Source of the DNA: Bacteroidetes bacterium GWF2_49_14
GTDB taxonomy: Bacteria; Bacteroidota; Bacteroidia; Bacteroidales; UBA12481
Reading direction: 5' to 3'
DNA length: 52,484 bases
Assembly: GCA_001769295.1 (NCBI GenBank)
Contig: MEOR01000108.1
Coordinates: 76,596 to 129,079 of the forward strand
Below are positions 28,901 through 37,114 of the stretch, piece after piece. A program made the position numbers and the translations under genes. Position 1 is the stretch's first letter; each line of letters starts with the position of its first letter. The notes below the pieces were generated by a model. The model did not search any database. It was not told the origin of the DNA and worked only from the letters and a program-made list of their open reading frames with translations.

Positions 28901-30467
28901 GGGTTTGGTTGGTACCTTTCAGCAGTTTAAGGATCAGGGAGGGAGCATTGGAGTTCTGATCCTGGTTTACCTCACTTGAAAATTCACCGACCCGGAAAAC
29001 CTGTCCGCCAACCGTGTATTCATAAGAGACGGCAAGGATCTCATCGGAGTTAAGTTCCTGATTTAAAGAAATATACCCAAGCTTGGCATTGAGCTGATAT
29101 TCGTCGGTTGCAAGCTTCCGGGCATTCTCGATCTTTTCATAGTCCTGGCCTCCCATGAAACCGAAGGAAGCCAGCGGGGAAAGGACACTGGTAACCTGTC
29201 CGATATCGCGGATCCCTGAATAATTAGCCAATAAATTCTGATAGAGGTCATTAAGGTCGTTATAGGGATAGCGTCCTGATCCTGTTACCTTTACAAAGTT
29301 TGTATTGAAAATATTACTGTCGCCGGGAAACATTCCTTCAGCAAGGTCCATAAAAGCGACAATGTTCCTGGAGTCGGTAAAGTTTCCGTTTTTATTGGTA
29401 ACCCAGACTTCCACCCGGGTGATATTGACACCGGAGGAGATTACCGGGGTGCTGCGGAGTGACTGATCGTAGGTATCCCGAAAATACTGGGAAAGGAAGA
29501 AGTGCCTGTTGGATTCATATTCATCGGCATGAACTTCAAACTCATTTGCCACTGCCCCACCCTGAATATCAATTGATTCGGATTTACCCTGCTGCTGGGT
29601 AAAGATGCTGGTAACGGTAAGCCTTCCGAACTGCATTTCCGTTTTGATTCCGAAGAGGCTCTGGCTGCCCGTTATCAGGGAACCCGACAGGGGAAGGCTG
29701 ACATTACCAGCCTCAACTTTCCGAAGAATCTCGTCATCCTTTCCTGTGTAGGCAATTCTGGTTTTATTCTCGAAATCGAAGGTTGCCTCGGTGTTAAAAC
29801 TGATACCCAGTTCCAGTTTATCACCGATTTGGCCGGTGACGTTCATCTGGATCTTGTTGTCGAAATCAAAGGTTGTATTCTTTCTGACCTTTTCCGGGAG
29901 AGCCGGGTTATCGGTTTTATTGATCTGAAGGCCAAAAATCAGTTCGGCGGATCCCTGAGGATTAATGTTGATCGTATTGGATCCGAAGATGCGGTCGAAG
30001 GCTTCACCCCCGATATAGAGTTTAGGGATCAGTCCTTGCTGGGATTGGAAGCTCTCTCCGCCAACCCGCTGAATCCAGTAGTCGCGGATGGATTTGTTGA
30101 AATCGTACTGACGATAATCCTTTGAGCTGAGGTAGAACGGGTCACCCAGGTTTTTATCCCCGATCTTTTCCTGGAATTTATATTCGTTCAGGTTTGTATC
30201 AAACTCAACACCCGATGTGATGTTCTTTGGGGTTTTAAGGTATAGGGGTGACTGGTTGCGGGAATAGAGGGACCATGGAAAACCTTTGTCGGCCGGAATC
30301 GGGTAACGGAGTGTCGATGAGGTATCCCGGGTGGCAACCTGTGCTGCCTGTTGGTTCTGATTGGCCACATTTCGCTGCTGCCCGTTCAGGTGTAGTGTGG
30401 CAAACAGGAAAAAGCTAACTGTCAGTGCACTGAATATCTGAATTCTGGTCGATGGTCTCTGCTCCAT
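22947..30467 (-). CDS. sprA: Type IX secretion system translocon SprA/Sov
   Basis: 2506 aa; FDRIFGSNTININPQGSAEL.FG, DFKSIRFIRMFL, WFNELR, C-terminal beta-strand GFNLRFTL; conserved ruvA-sprA-gcvH synteny. Confidence 0.96.
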   Translation of the reverse strand: MEQRPSTRIQIFSALTVSFFLFATLHLNGQQRNVANQNQQAAQVATRDTSSTLRYPIPADKGFPWSLYSRNQSPLYLKTPKNITSGVEFDTNLNEYKFQEKIGDKNLGDPFYLSSKDYRQYDFNKSIRDYWIQRVGGESFQSQQGLIPKLYIGGEAFDRIFGSNTININPQGSAELIFGLQINKTDNPALPEKVRKNTTFDFDNKIQMNVTGQIGDKLELGISFNTEATFDFENKTRIAYTGKDDEILRKVEAGNVSLPLSGSLITGSQSLFGIKTEMQFGRLTVTSIFTQQQGKSESIDIQGGAVANEFEVHADEYESNRHFFLSQYFRDTYDQSLRSTPVISSGVNITRVEVWVTNKNGNFTDSRNIVAFMDLAEGMFPGDSNIFNTNFVKVTGSGRYPYNDLNDLYQNLLANYSGIRDIGQVTSVLSPLASFGFMGGQDYEKIENARKLATDEYQLNAKLGYISLNQELNSDEILAVSYEYTVGGQVFRVGEFSSEVNQDQNSNAPSLILKLLKGTNQTPSLPTWDLMMKNIYALGSGRLNKDEFQLDILYQNDKTGNAINYIPEGAINGDRLVKVLNLDNLNGQLDPQPDGVFDYIEGITVNSTKGRIIFPVLEPFGSYLRKKITGGNPANTEIADQYVFEELYGQTQTVARQTAEKNKFLLRGSYKSSSSSEIRLNASNIPQGSVVVTAGGMKLTEGADYMVDYTMGTVKIINQGLLESGTAIKISLEDNSTFNQQSKAMIGTHMEYRFNKDFNLGGTILHLRERPLTNKVGLDDIPIANTMWGLNTNYRKDAPWLTRAIDKLPLIQTKERSVVNFSGEFAQLIPGHSKIVNSGDSKGGEALVDDFEGSETSFTLKQRQSWVLSSTPYGQPDLFPEASLSNDWTYGYNRARLAWYHIDPLFLRNNSATPGHIANDEAQQNSHFTREIQEQEIFPYKESPNNVPTYLQVLNLAFYPEERGPYNYETTGSRFSSGMNNDGNLKSPASRWGGIMAKLSQNDFEAANVEYLEFWLMDPYVEDAKNGVTRDDIDPSLYFNLGNISEDILKDGRKSFENGLSGTNTLNYIDTTAWGRVPVIQSFVNAFDNDIEARQKQDVGLDGLGNEDERTFFGKYLDSLQRIVNPGSERYQDILTDPSGDDYHYYRGQDWDAIQLSILDRYKIFNGLEANSPTAEQSNEDYPTQSTTLPDVEDINLDNTLNESESYFQYKISMRKQDLQIGKNYITDAIVGKNNQGEPVTWYQFKVPVYEPQKAIGSIQDFKSIRFIRMFLKGFGETVYMRFATLDLVRGEWRKYNLSLLEGGEHLTSPEYTRAKFEVSAVNIEENGNRYPVNYVLPPGITRITDPTNPQMIQKNEQSIEFKIADLEDGDSRAAFRNLLIDMRQYKRLKMFVHAEAVDEAMLRDGDLAAFIRIGSDYTQNYYEYEIPLNLTPHLKPPVKYDQVATADRTTVWPEENSFDIELLDFQAIKQARNDEMRSEGSSITLETLYSMADGRNRIIVVGNPNMSNVRTFMIGVRNRSKNTNDLADDGLSKTGIIWFNELRMTDFDESGGWAANARLSANLADLGNLSVSGASSVPGFGSIDKKVADRSKEEIMQYDISSSLQLGKLFPRNAGVMLPMYVGYSEMMRNPLYNPMDPDIPLEAALTNADSKAERDSILFISQDYNRRKSINFTNVRIDPGSPTKRKEPKIYSLSNFSVSYSFSEAFMRNIKTTANFNRNYNGVFSYVYSGNNLKPWEPWKKSKNLDKPAYRIIKDFNLYYQPAMIRYQTNLARRYSEIQLRNVANPDMKIDPTYNKNFNINSNFDFRWDITRNLKVDFNSSNIARVDEPEGAMRREDADYQQKRDSMWNNIMSGGRPIQYHHSLNATYVIPINKIPLFNWLTANAAYGLDYDWSAGPLTADTIVLGNQIQNNGSFQLTSTASLQSLYNKIGYLKKVDDKYKRRSNVAQAKPTKEVKFEADKINIKPNIGKIIIHDLMTKDVKIKMFDQNNRVVEVEMEVVNERRIKITADKEYPGARIEITGTIEVKDNPLIFVTDNLLRLMMAVKSIRVDYTTQNGTLLPGFLPEPQLFGMRGIDGKLAPGFGFAFGQQDPAFGDYAAQNGWLTTDSTLNQAYTNSSDQSLRLSTSIEPLTDLKITLDASHSSNRQLEQFYIYGNGGFSAENVIYGGVFSMSVLTIGTAFEKLTAENNYQSDAFEAFKNNRIAISRRLAGQRLSNQVSGSPSYDPDAGSIPGYSNGYGPTSPEVLIPAFLAAYSGKSAGIVSLNPMPGILSMMPKWGVQYGGLQRIEFFKKFLRNFNVRHGYQSTYSIGAYTTNLYYNPDEIDGLNYIRDQQDNFLPQREIASISISEQLSPLISFDAQLENSFQARLEVKKSRNLTMNLTNVQMMENRSNELIIGSGYRFEQVPITIRTAGGQRKYQSDLDLRFDLSIRENIMIMRKLEEEVNKPTSGQTAVTVKFTMDYRLNSRFNLRFYYDQVVNTPIVTTAYPTSNTKVGFNLRFTLTK

Positions 30468-30487
30468 GTAGGTTCCGGTAGATGCTG

Positions 30488-31075
30488 TTACAGTTTTTTT
30501 AAGGCCAGCTTCACCAGTTCTTCAGGGCCGGTTTCCGGCGCGTCTCTGAGAATCTGGTCCAGGGCTTTGACCGAATCGTTCCGGCCGAAACCAAGCATAA
30601 CCAAAGCAGATAACGCTTCTTCCCTTGAGGTATTGCCCGAAACAGGGAAAATTCCGGATACTTCTTCCGTTTTGGAAAGTTTATCCCTCAGATCGATTAT
30701 AACCCGCTGGGCGGTTTTAACTCCGACCCCTTTAACACTTTTCAGCAGGTTGACATTGTCGGTCTGGATTGCCCGCCGGATGTCCGGGGTGGTAAGGGAT
30801 GAAAGCATCATCCGGGCTGTATTGGGACCTATGCCGCTGACGGAGACCAGCAGCCGGAACATTTCACGTTCCTCCCGCGTGAAGAAGCCGAAAAGGGTAT
30901 GATTGTCCTCCCTGATGATCTCCTCAATCAGAAGGGTAACGGAGTCCTTCCCTCGGGCGGACGCATAAGTCTGAAGGGAGATCTGGACCTGGTAGCCGAT
31001 TCCGCCCTGCTCAATAATGGCAGCAGCCGGAGTAAGGTCTGCCAGTTTTCCTGTTATATACTCATATATGGCCAT
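30488..31075 (-). CDS. ruvA: Holliday junction branch migration protein RuvA
   Basis: GGIGY, IRED...LFGF, VSGIGP..A, VKGVG.KTAQR..IDL.DK, EALSALVMLGF. Confidence 0.96.
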   Translation of the reverse strand: MAIYEYITGKLADLTPAAAIIEQGGIGYQVQISLQTYASARGKDSVTLLIEEIIREDNHTLFGFFTREEREMFRLLVSVSGIGPNTARMMLSSLTTPDIRRAIQTDNVNLLKSVKGVGVKTAQRVIIDLRDKLSKTEEVSGIFPVSGNTSREEALSALVMLGFGRNDSVKALDQILRDAPETGPEELVKLALKKL

Positions 31076-31092
31076 CGGAAAAGCGCTGGTTA

Positions 31093-32130
31093 CTACTGTG
31101 CCCCGAGGGCATTCTTCTTCAATTCACGGTTGGCTTTCCGTGTGGTATATATATCTACCGCCATGTAAATTGCCTGACGCATGGAGTCGGCGCTGGCCTG
31201 GTCGAGGCCGGCAATCTCGTAAGCGGTACCGTGCGCCGGAGAGGTTCTGACGATGGGAAGGCCAACTGTAAAGTTAACCCCAGTGTCAAATGAAAGGGCT
31301 TTAAAGGGTGCAAGTCCCTGGTCGTGGTACATAGCCAGAACGGCGTCGAATTTCTGATAGAGACCTGAACCGAAATACCCATCGGCGGCATAAGGCCCGA
31401 GGGCCATGATACTGTCGTGGCGGGCTCTTTCCAGCGCGGGCATGATTATTTGTTCCTCCTCGGTGCCCAGCAGTCCCTGGTCGCCCGAGTGAGGATTGAG
31501 GCCCAACACGGCAATACGGGGTGCCCTGATATTAAAATCGTTCCTCAACGTATGGTCGAGAAGTCGCAGTTTTCTCAGTATCAGATCCGTAGTAATTTCT
31601 CCGGCGACCTGTGACAGAGGAATATGTCCGGTTACGACGCCCACTTTCAGATAATCGCTGACCATGAGCATCAGTACCTCGCTGACTTCCAGTTTTTCCT
31701 GAAGGTATTCGGTGTGGCCTGCAAAGCTGAAATCCTTGCTTTGGATGTTATGCTTGTTGATCGGTGCGGTTACGAGGACATCGATCTGGTGCTCCATGAG
31801 GTCGCTGATAGCCATTTCAAGAGCGATGAAGGCCGCCTCGCCGGCGTATCCCGAGGATTTCCCAAGTTCCACCCTGACGTTGTCATCGAGGCAATTGATC
31901 AGGTTTGCCCTCCGCAGGTTTGCCTCTTTGGCCGAAGCTATCTGGTTCAGGCTGAAATTCGGGATGTTCAGTGCTTTCCGGTGGTAGGCCAGCACTTTGG
32001 GCGAACCGTACACCACGGGGGTACAGATTTCGAGCATACGGGGATCGAGCAGTGCTTTAATAATCACTTCGTAACCGATGCCGTTGATGTCCCCATGTGT
32101 AATCCCGACCAATATTCTTTGCTCTTCCAT
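31093..32130 (-). CDS. pdxA: 4-hydroxythreonine-4-phosphate dehydrogenase
   Basis: GD.NGIG.E, VTAPINK, GHTEYL, GLNPH.G, AMYHDQGL.PFK, RTSP.HGTA. Confidence 0.95.
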   Translation of the reverse strand: MEEQRILVGITHGDINGIGYEVIIKALLDPRMLEICTPVVYGSPKVLAYHRKALNIPNFSLNQIASAKEANLRRANLINCLDDNVRVELGKSSGYAGEAAFIALEMAISDLMEHQIDVLVTAPINKHNIQSKDFSFAGHTEYLQEKLEVSEVLMLMVSDYLKVGVVTGHIPLSQVAGEITTDLILRKLRLLDHTLRNDFNIRAPRIAVLGLNPHSGDQGLLGTEEEQIIMPALERARHDSIMALGPYAADGYFGSGLYQKFDAVLAMYHDQGLAPFKALSFDTGVNFTVGLPIVRTSPAHGTAYEIAGLDQASADSMRQAIYMAVDIYTTRKANRELKKNALGAQ

Positions 32131-32138
32131 AGATATCC

Positions 32139-33569
32139 TTACAATTGATAATATTTCTTGATAAAACTGAGCAGGAGCCTGACGCCGGTTCCGGTAGCGC
32201 CGTTTCCGCGGTAGGTATCGCGGGTGGTGAGGAAAGCGGTGCCTGCAATATCGATATGAATCCAGGGGAACGAGGTGAACCGTTCCAGGAATTTTCCTGC
32301 GGTGATTGCCCCGGCGTATCTGCCTCCGATATTTTTAACGTCGGCAACATCGGATTCCAGCAGTTTACTGTATTCTTCCCACAGGGGAAATCTCACCACC
32401 CTTTCATGTACCTCAAAACCTGCCTCTTCGAGCATGTTGAAAGCCTGATCCGGCGCGGTTCCCATAACTGCCGCCGCCTGGGACCCCAGTGCTACCTGGG
32501 CGGATCCGGTGAGGGTGGCAAGATCGATAACCAGATCAGGTTCGTATTTCCGGGCATAGCTCAGGGCATCAGCCAGAATCAGCCTTCCTTCCGCATCGCA
32601 GTTGAGGACCTCAACCGAAGTACCGTCATGCATCCGGATAATGTCTCCGGGGGCATAGGCATTCCCATCGGGGCGGTTATCGGTTGCCGGAATCAGGCCG
32701 AAAGTCCTGACCGGCAATCCCATCCTTGCGATGGCATAGAGTGTGGAAGCAACTGCTGCGGCACCTGCCATATCGGATTTCATCTCGTCCATGCTGGCAG
32801 GAGTCGGCTTTAAGCTGAGCCCGCCTGTATCGAACATCACCCCTTTGCCAACGAGGATCAGGGGAGACTGGTTAACCGGTTTTTCCGGTTCCCAGCTTAT
32901 GATGATAAACCTTGGAGGGTCGATGCTGCCGCGGTTAACCGCAAGCAACCCACCCATCTTAAGGGATTCAATCTGTGTTTTGTCAAGTACTTCAACGGAG
33001 AGCCCTACCTCAAGTCCGAATCGGGTGATTTCCTGGCCGAGACGCGGGGCGTTGAGCCAGGAAACCGGTTCATTGACCAGATCCCGGCAGAGTGTGACGG
33101 CATCGACCCGTGTATTCATCTCCTTTACCATTGCCGGATTGCCATTGAGTAAGCCCAGCCGGAGAAGAGAATGCCTTTTCTCGTCAGGTTTGGAGAAGTA
33201 TTTCAGGAACTGATAGGAAGAGAGCGCCATGCCTTCGGCAAGCGCCCCGGAGTACGTTGAATTGCCGGTCCGGTTATCCAAAACCAGCTCCTCCCATTTG
33301 TGCCTGACTGCGAGGTCGTATATTTCCGAGCCACAAACGCGGAGGGATTCAAGGAGAGCCGATCCGGTCTTGCCAGTCTCGGCAATCTGGATAACCTCAC
33401 TGTGGTCATAAAGGTTCAGGAGGATCTGCTTCTGCTTTTTGTCGATGCAGGTATTGATGTATTCCTTTTCAGCTGAGGGCCAGACAGTTGCCCTGACCTC
33501 TTCCGGAGACCCGAAAAGCAGTATCCGGTTTTGAGCCGGCAGAACCATATCCGTACTAAATATCAGCAT
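32139..33569 (-). CDS. pepA: Leucyl aminopeptidase (M17)
   Basis: GKGVMFDTGG..LK, MKSDMAG, N(C)DAEGRL.LAD, ATLTG, W.H.DIAG. Confidence 0.93.
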   Translation of the reverse strand: MLIFSTDMVLPAQNRILLFGSPEEVRATVWPSAEKEYINTCIDKKQKQILLNLYDHSEVIQIAETGKTGSALLESLRVCGSEIYDLAVRHKWEELVLDNRTGNSTYSGALAEGMALSSYQFLKYFSKPDEKRHSLLRLGLLNGNPAMVKEMNTRVDAVTLCRDLVNEPVSWLNAPRLGQEITRFGLEVGLSVEVLDKTQIESLKMGGLLAVNRGSIDPPRFIIISWEPEKPVNQSPLILVGKGVMFDTGGLSLKPTPASMDEMKSDMAGAAAVASTLYAIARMGLPVRTFGLIPATDNRPDGNAYAPGDIIRMHDGTSVEVLNCDAEGRLILADALSYARKYEPDLVIDLATLTGSAQVALGSQAAAVMGTAPDQAFNMLEEAGFEVHERVVRFPLWEEYSKLLESDVADVKNIGGRYAGAITAGKFLERFTSFPWIHIDIAGTAFLTTRDTYRGNGATGTGVRLLLSFIKKYYQL

Positions 33570-33680
33570 ATCCTTACCTGTATTTATAACCCGATAAAGC
33601 CCGTAAAGTTAAAAAAATCCGGGGTAAACTGATCGGCAGGCCTGACAATTAGCCTACCTTGCGGAACTCTCTGATACAGC

Positions 33681-34772
33681 ATGACGACGCAACAAAATAT
33701 TCTTGACAAGGCAGTCGGCGGAACGTTTCTTTCGCATGAAGAGGCGAATTTCCTGTACCTGCAGGCTGGTGACGGGGAGCTCATGGAGGCTGCGGACCGG
33801 ATCCGGAATCGGCTGCATCCCGGGAACACCGTTACCTGGATCATTGACCGGAATGTCAACATCACCAATGTATGCGTATCCTTCTGCAAGTTTTGCAATT
33901 TCTGCAGGAGAGGTCAGGATGAGGATGCCTACATTACCACGATCGAACAATACAGGGAAAAGATCGACCGGCTTTTCGAGCTTGGGGGCCGGCAGCTGCT
34001 TCTCCAGGGAGGCATGCATCCGACACTGGGCCTCGATTTTTATACCGGATTGTTCCGGAATCTCAAGGAGGAGTATCCGGCCCTGATGCTTCATGCGCTG
34101 GGACCTCCGGAGATTGTGCATCTTTCGCGGCTTGAAAAGACCGATTTTGAAACGGTTCTGCGGTCGCTGCGTGATGCCGGCCTGGATTCCCTTCCGGGGG
34201 CGGGGGCCGAAATTCTGGTTGACCGTGTAAGGCGGATCGTTTCAAAGGGAAAATGTTCAGCTGAGGAATGGCTGGAGGTGATGCGGGTGGCTCATCGCAC
34301 GGGGCTTCCCACTTCCGCCACGATGATGTTTGGACATGCAGAGACCCGTGAGGAGCGAATCGAACATATACTGAGAATCCGGGATCTCCAGGCGGAAAAG
34401 CCCACCGGAAGCTATGGATTCCTGAATTTCGTCCCCTGGCCCTTCATGGATGAAGGGACGGCTCTCCGCGATGAAATGGGAATTCGCAACAATGTGGATA
34501 CACGCCAATATATCAGGCTATTATCGATGGCAAGAATCCTTCTCCCGAATGTGAGCCACATTCAGGCTTCCTGGTTAACCACAGGCATTACGGCAGGCCA
34601 GATCTGTCTCCATGCCGGGGCCGATGATTTCGGGTCGGTGATGATTGAAGAAAACGTTGTATCGCAGGCTGGTGCAAGGAATTCGATGGACAGCACCGGT
34701 ATGCAGGCAGCGATCGTGGAGGCGGGATTTGTTCCCCGCAAGCGCAATCAGTTGTTTGAGCTGATTGACTGA
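33681..34772 (+). CDS. mqnC: CofH/MqnC-family radical SAM enzyme, most likely cyclic dehypoxanthinyl futalosine synthase
   Basis: DRNVN.TNVCVSFCKFC (CxxxCxxC), LLQGG, SLPGAGAEIL, ATMMFGH, QASW, GADDFGSVMIEENVVS.AG. Confidence 0.85.
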   Translation: MTTQQNILDKAVGGTFLSHEEANFLYLQAGDGELMEAADRIRNRLHPGNTVTWIIDRNVNITNVCVSFCKFCNFCRRGQDEDAYITTIEQYREKIDRLFELGGRQLLLQGGMHPTLGLDFYTGLFRNLKEEYPALMLHALGPPEIVHLSRLEKTDFETVLRSLRDAGLDSLPGAGAEILVDRVRRIVSKGKCSAEEWLEVMRVAHRTGLPTSATMMFGHAETREERIEHILRIRDLQAEKPTGSYGFLNFVPWPFMDEGTALRDEMGIRNNVDTRQYIRLLSMARILLPNVSHIQASWLTTGITAGQICLHAGADDFGSVMIEENVVSQAGARNSMDSTGMQAAIVEAGFVPRKRNQLFELID

Positions 34773-35776
34773 TCCGGAAAATCAATTGTTTTCAGGATGC
34801 TCTCCACCTTGCGAACCTGGTTGCGTTTATTGATTTTTGGCGCATAAACATATCCAAAGGCGGTAACCAGCCGGTTTCTCTCCTCATCCACATAGGTCCA
34901 GGAAATGAAAGGTCCACCCATAAAATCGCCGACGGTTTCCCACAGGCCCCGCAACTCGGTCACAAAATTACCATTGAGGGTAAAAGTCCGGGTCAGAACG
35001 GGTATGGTGAGATCGATTGCCATATAGGAACCGGTAGAAGGTCCTGGAACACGGGGTTTCAGGTGCTTATCGGTAAAAGAAACAAGTTCCGGATAATTGA
35101 GCTGCTTTTGATCGGTATAGGGATAGGTCCAGATCAGGACACCAAGTGTCATATCCGCCGGATCATAGTGTATCCAGATGAAGTCTTCCGTATCTTTTCT
35201 GATGTCGAAGCCTTTGGGGAAGCTGGCTTCAATTTCGTGTTTCCGGATGAGCTGGCTGGAAAGTTCAATATTTGAGTATTTTCTGTTGAAGCCCACCTGG
35301 CGATCGATTTCGCTTTCCCTCAGGATTTCAACCAGGCTGGACCGGCTCTGGTCGAGGAGGTTGATCAACTGTTCACGGTTTTGGGCAAAGATGCGGATCA
35401 GCAACTGATCAGCAGCCCAATAATCCCTGAAAACCTTTATTTCAGGTTTTGCAACCGCCGGATCGACCTCAAAGATGATCAGGTTCCTGGCCGGACGGAT
35501 CATGTTGTTGAAGGCTGATGGAGGTATCTGGATCAGGTCGAATAGCGGCTCAGCACCGTCCATGCCGGTTTGGGGCAGTGCCGGTTCGTCAGTTGCCAGT
35601 ATGCGCGCCAGGGTATCCCCTGCAGCGCCATTGTACAGGTCTTCGGATATCACCAGGACTACCTCGCCCGGTTTCCCGTTGCAGGGCGGCAGCCCCAGCT
35701 GATTTGAATTTTTACACCCGGAAATGGCCGTGATAGCCACGATCACGGCAGCCAAAGCGATTACCCTTGTTTTCAT
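34748..35776 (-). CDS. DUF4837-family lipoprotein
   Basis: ISGC lipobox; G.PGEV..V, LPQ...EP.F, ELRGLW....DFMGGPF.S, VYAP...KRN. Confidence 0.8.
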   Translation of the reverse strand: MKTRVIALAAVIVAITAISGCKNSNQLGLPPCNGKPGEVVLVISEDLYNGAAGDTLARILATDEPALPQTGMDGAEPLFDLIQIPPSAFNNMIRPARNLIIFEVDPAVAKPEIKVFRDYWAADQLLIRIFAQNREQLINLLDQSRSSLVEILRESEIDRQVGFNRKYSNIELSSQLIRKHEIEASFPKGFDIRKDTEDFIWIHYDPADMTLGVLIWTYPYTDQKQLNYPELVSFTDKHLKPRVPGPSTGSYMAIDLTIPVLTRTFTLNGNFVTELRGLWETVGDFMGGPFISWTYVDEERNRLVTAFGYVYAPKINKRNQVRKVESILKTIDFPDQSISSNN

Positions 35777-35781
35777 ACGTA

Positions 35782-37101
35782 CTATTTTTGGAACAACCTT
35801 AGTATATCGTTACCATTTGCGTAGAGGACAAGGGCAAGCAGCAACACCATACCGACGATTTGGGCGACTTCCATGAATTTGTCGCTGGGGCGGCGTCCGG
35901 TAATCATTTCAAAGGTAAGGAAAAAAACATGACCACCATCCAATGCCGGAATGGGGAGAACATTTAAAACCGCCAGCATTATGGATAGGAAGGCTGTCAT
36001 GTTCCAGAATATCTGCCAATTCCAGGAGGCAGGGAAAATGTTACCGATTGATATGAATCCGCCGAGGGATTTATAGGCTTTGGTTTCCGGGTTGAATATC
36101 AGTTTAAGGTCCTTAAGATAGGATGATATGGTTTGGACTCCTTTTTTGATTCCTGCAGGGATGGAAGCAAAGAATCCGTATTTGATTTCTTTCAGCTCAA
36201 AGAAGGATTTCGGGTCAACCGGATAGACTCCGATCTTGCCCGTTTCCGGCACGGCCATCCTGAAGTCCAGGTGTTCACCATTCCGGTCTACGTTGATTGT
36301 CACCGTGTCGCCTACCAGCTTTTTAATTTCAAGGCTGAAGAGGGTGAAAAAAGGGACATCGGTTCCGTTGATTCCCACAATCCGGTCATCCACCTTCATG
36401 CCGGCTTCCCTGGCCGGCGATCCGTGAATGAAGTCACGAACGACAAAGGGGAATGCATAATCGATAAAACTTTTCTTTTCAAGATACTGTTCCACAAAAT
36501 CTGCCGGCACGTTAATGTCCAGCATTTCCCCGTTTCGGTCAATCTGGATTGTTTTTGCGCCCCTGTAGACGATTTCCGGAACCAGGTCATGAAAATCTTC
36601 CACCTCGTGATTATCCACGGTGATGATTTTGTCGCCGTGCCGGAGTCCCATGTTGGTAGCCAGGGTATCGCAAACTATTCCGTACTTGACATTCTTGGTT
36701 GGAAGGTAGGTATCACCCCACGCAAACAGGATCATCGAGTAAATTATAAATGCGAAGATCACATTGAACAGAACACCGCCAAGCATGATCAGGAGGCGTT
36801 GGATGGACGATTTTGACCGGAATTCCCAGGGTTTTGGTTCCTGTTTCATGGCTTCCTTATCCATGGATTCATCGATCATTCCGGCTATTTTAACATAGCC
36901 TCCAAGTGGCAGCCATCCGATCCCATATTCAGTATCGCCTTTCTTGAATTTAAAAAGTGAGAACCAGGGATTGAAAAACAGGTAGAATTTCTCGACCCGC
37001 GTTTTGAAGAGGCGGGCAAAAACAAAATGGCCGAATTCGTGAATGATAACCAGTATCGACAGGCTGAGCAGGAGTTGAGCGGCTTTAATCAGGATATCCA
37101 T
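35782..37101 (-). CDS. rseP: RIP (site-2) metalloprotease RseP with PDZ domains
   Basis: HEFGH, LPLGGYVKI.GM, GGV.FN, NVLPIPALDGG; downstream of dxr. Confidence 0.95.
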   Translation of the reverse strand: MDILIKAAQLLLSLSILVIIHEFGHFVFARLFKTRVEKFYLFFNPWFSLFKFKKGDTEYGIGWLPLGGYVKIAGMIDESMDKEAMKQEPKPWEFRSKSSIQRLLIMLGGVLFNVIFAFIIYSMILFAWGDTYLPTKNVKYGIVCDTLATNMGLRHGDKIITVDNHEVEDFHDLVPEIVYRGAKTIQIDRNGEMLDINVPADFVEQYLEKKSFIDYAFPFVVRDFIHGSPAREAGMKVDDRIVGINGTDVPFFTLFSLEIKKLVGDTVTINVDRNGEHLDFRMAVPETGKIGVYPVDPKSFFELKEIKYGFFASIPAGIKKGVQTISSYLKDLKLIFNPETKAYKSLGGFISIGNIFPASWNWQIFWNMTAFLSIMLAVLNVLPIPALDGGHVFFLTFEMITGRRPSDKFMEVAQIVGMVLLLALVLYANGNDILRLFQK

Positions 37102-37114
37102 AATAACTTGCAGA

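Noticed and set aside
32583-32603. PepA motif NCDAEGR instead of canonical NTDAEGR
   Set aside because: Metal-binding Asp/Glu and catalytic Arg/Lys residues are intact; likely a neutral variant.
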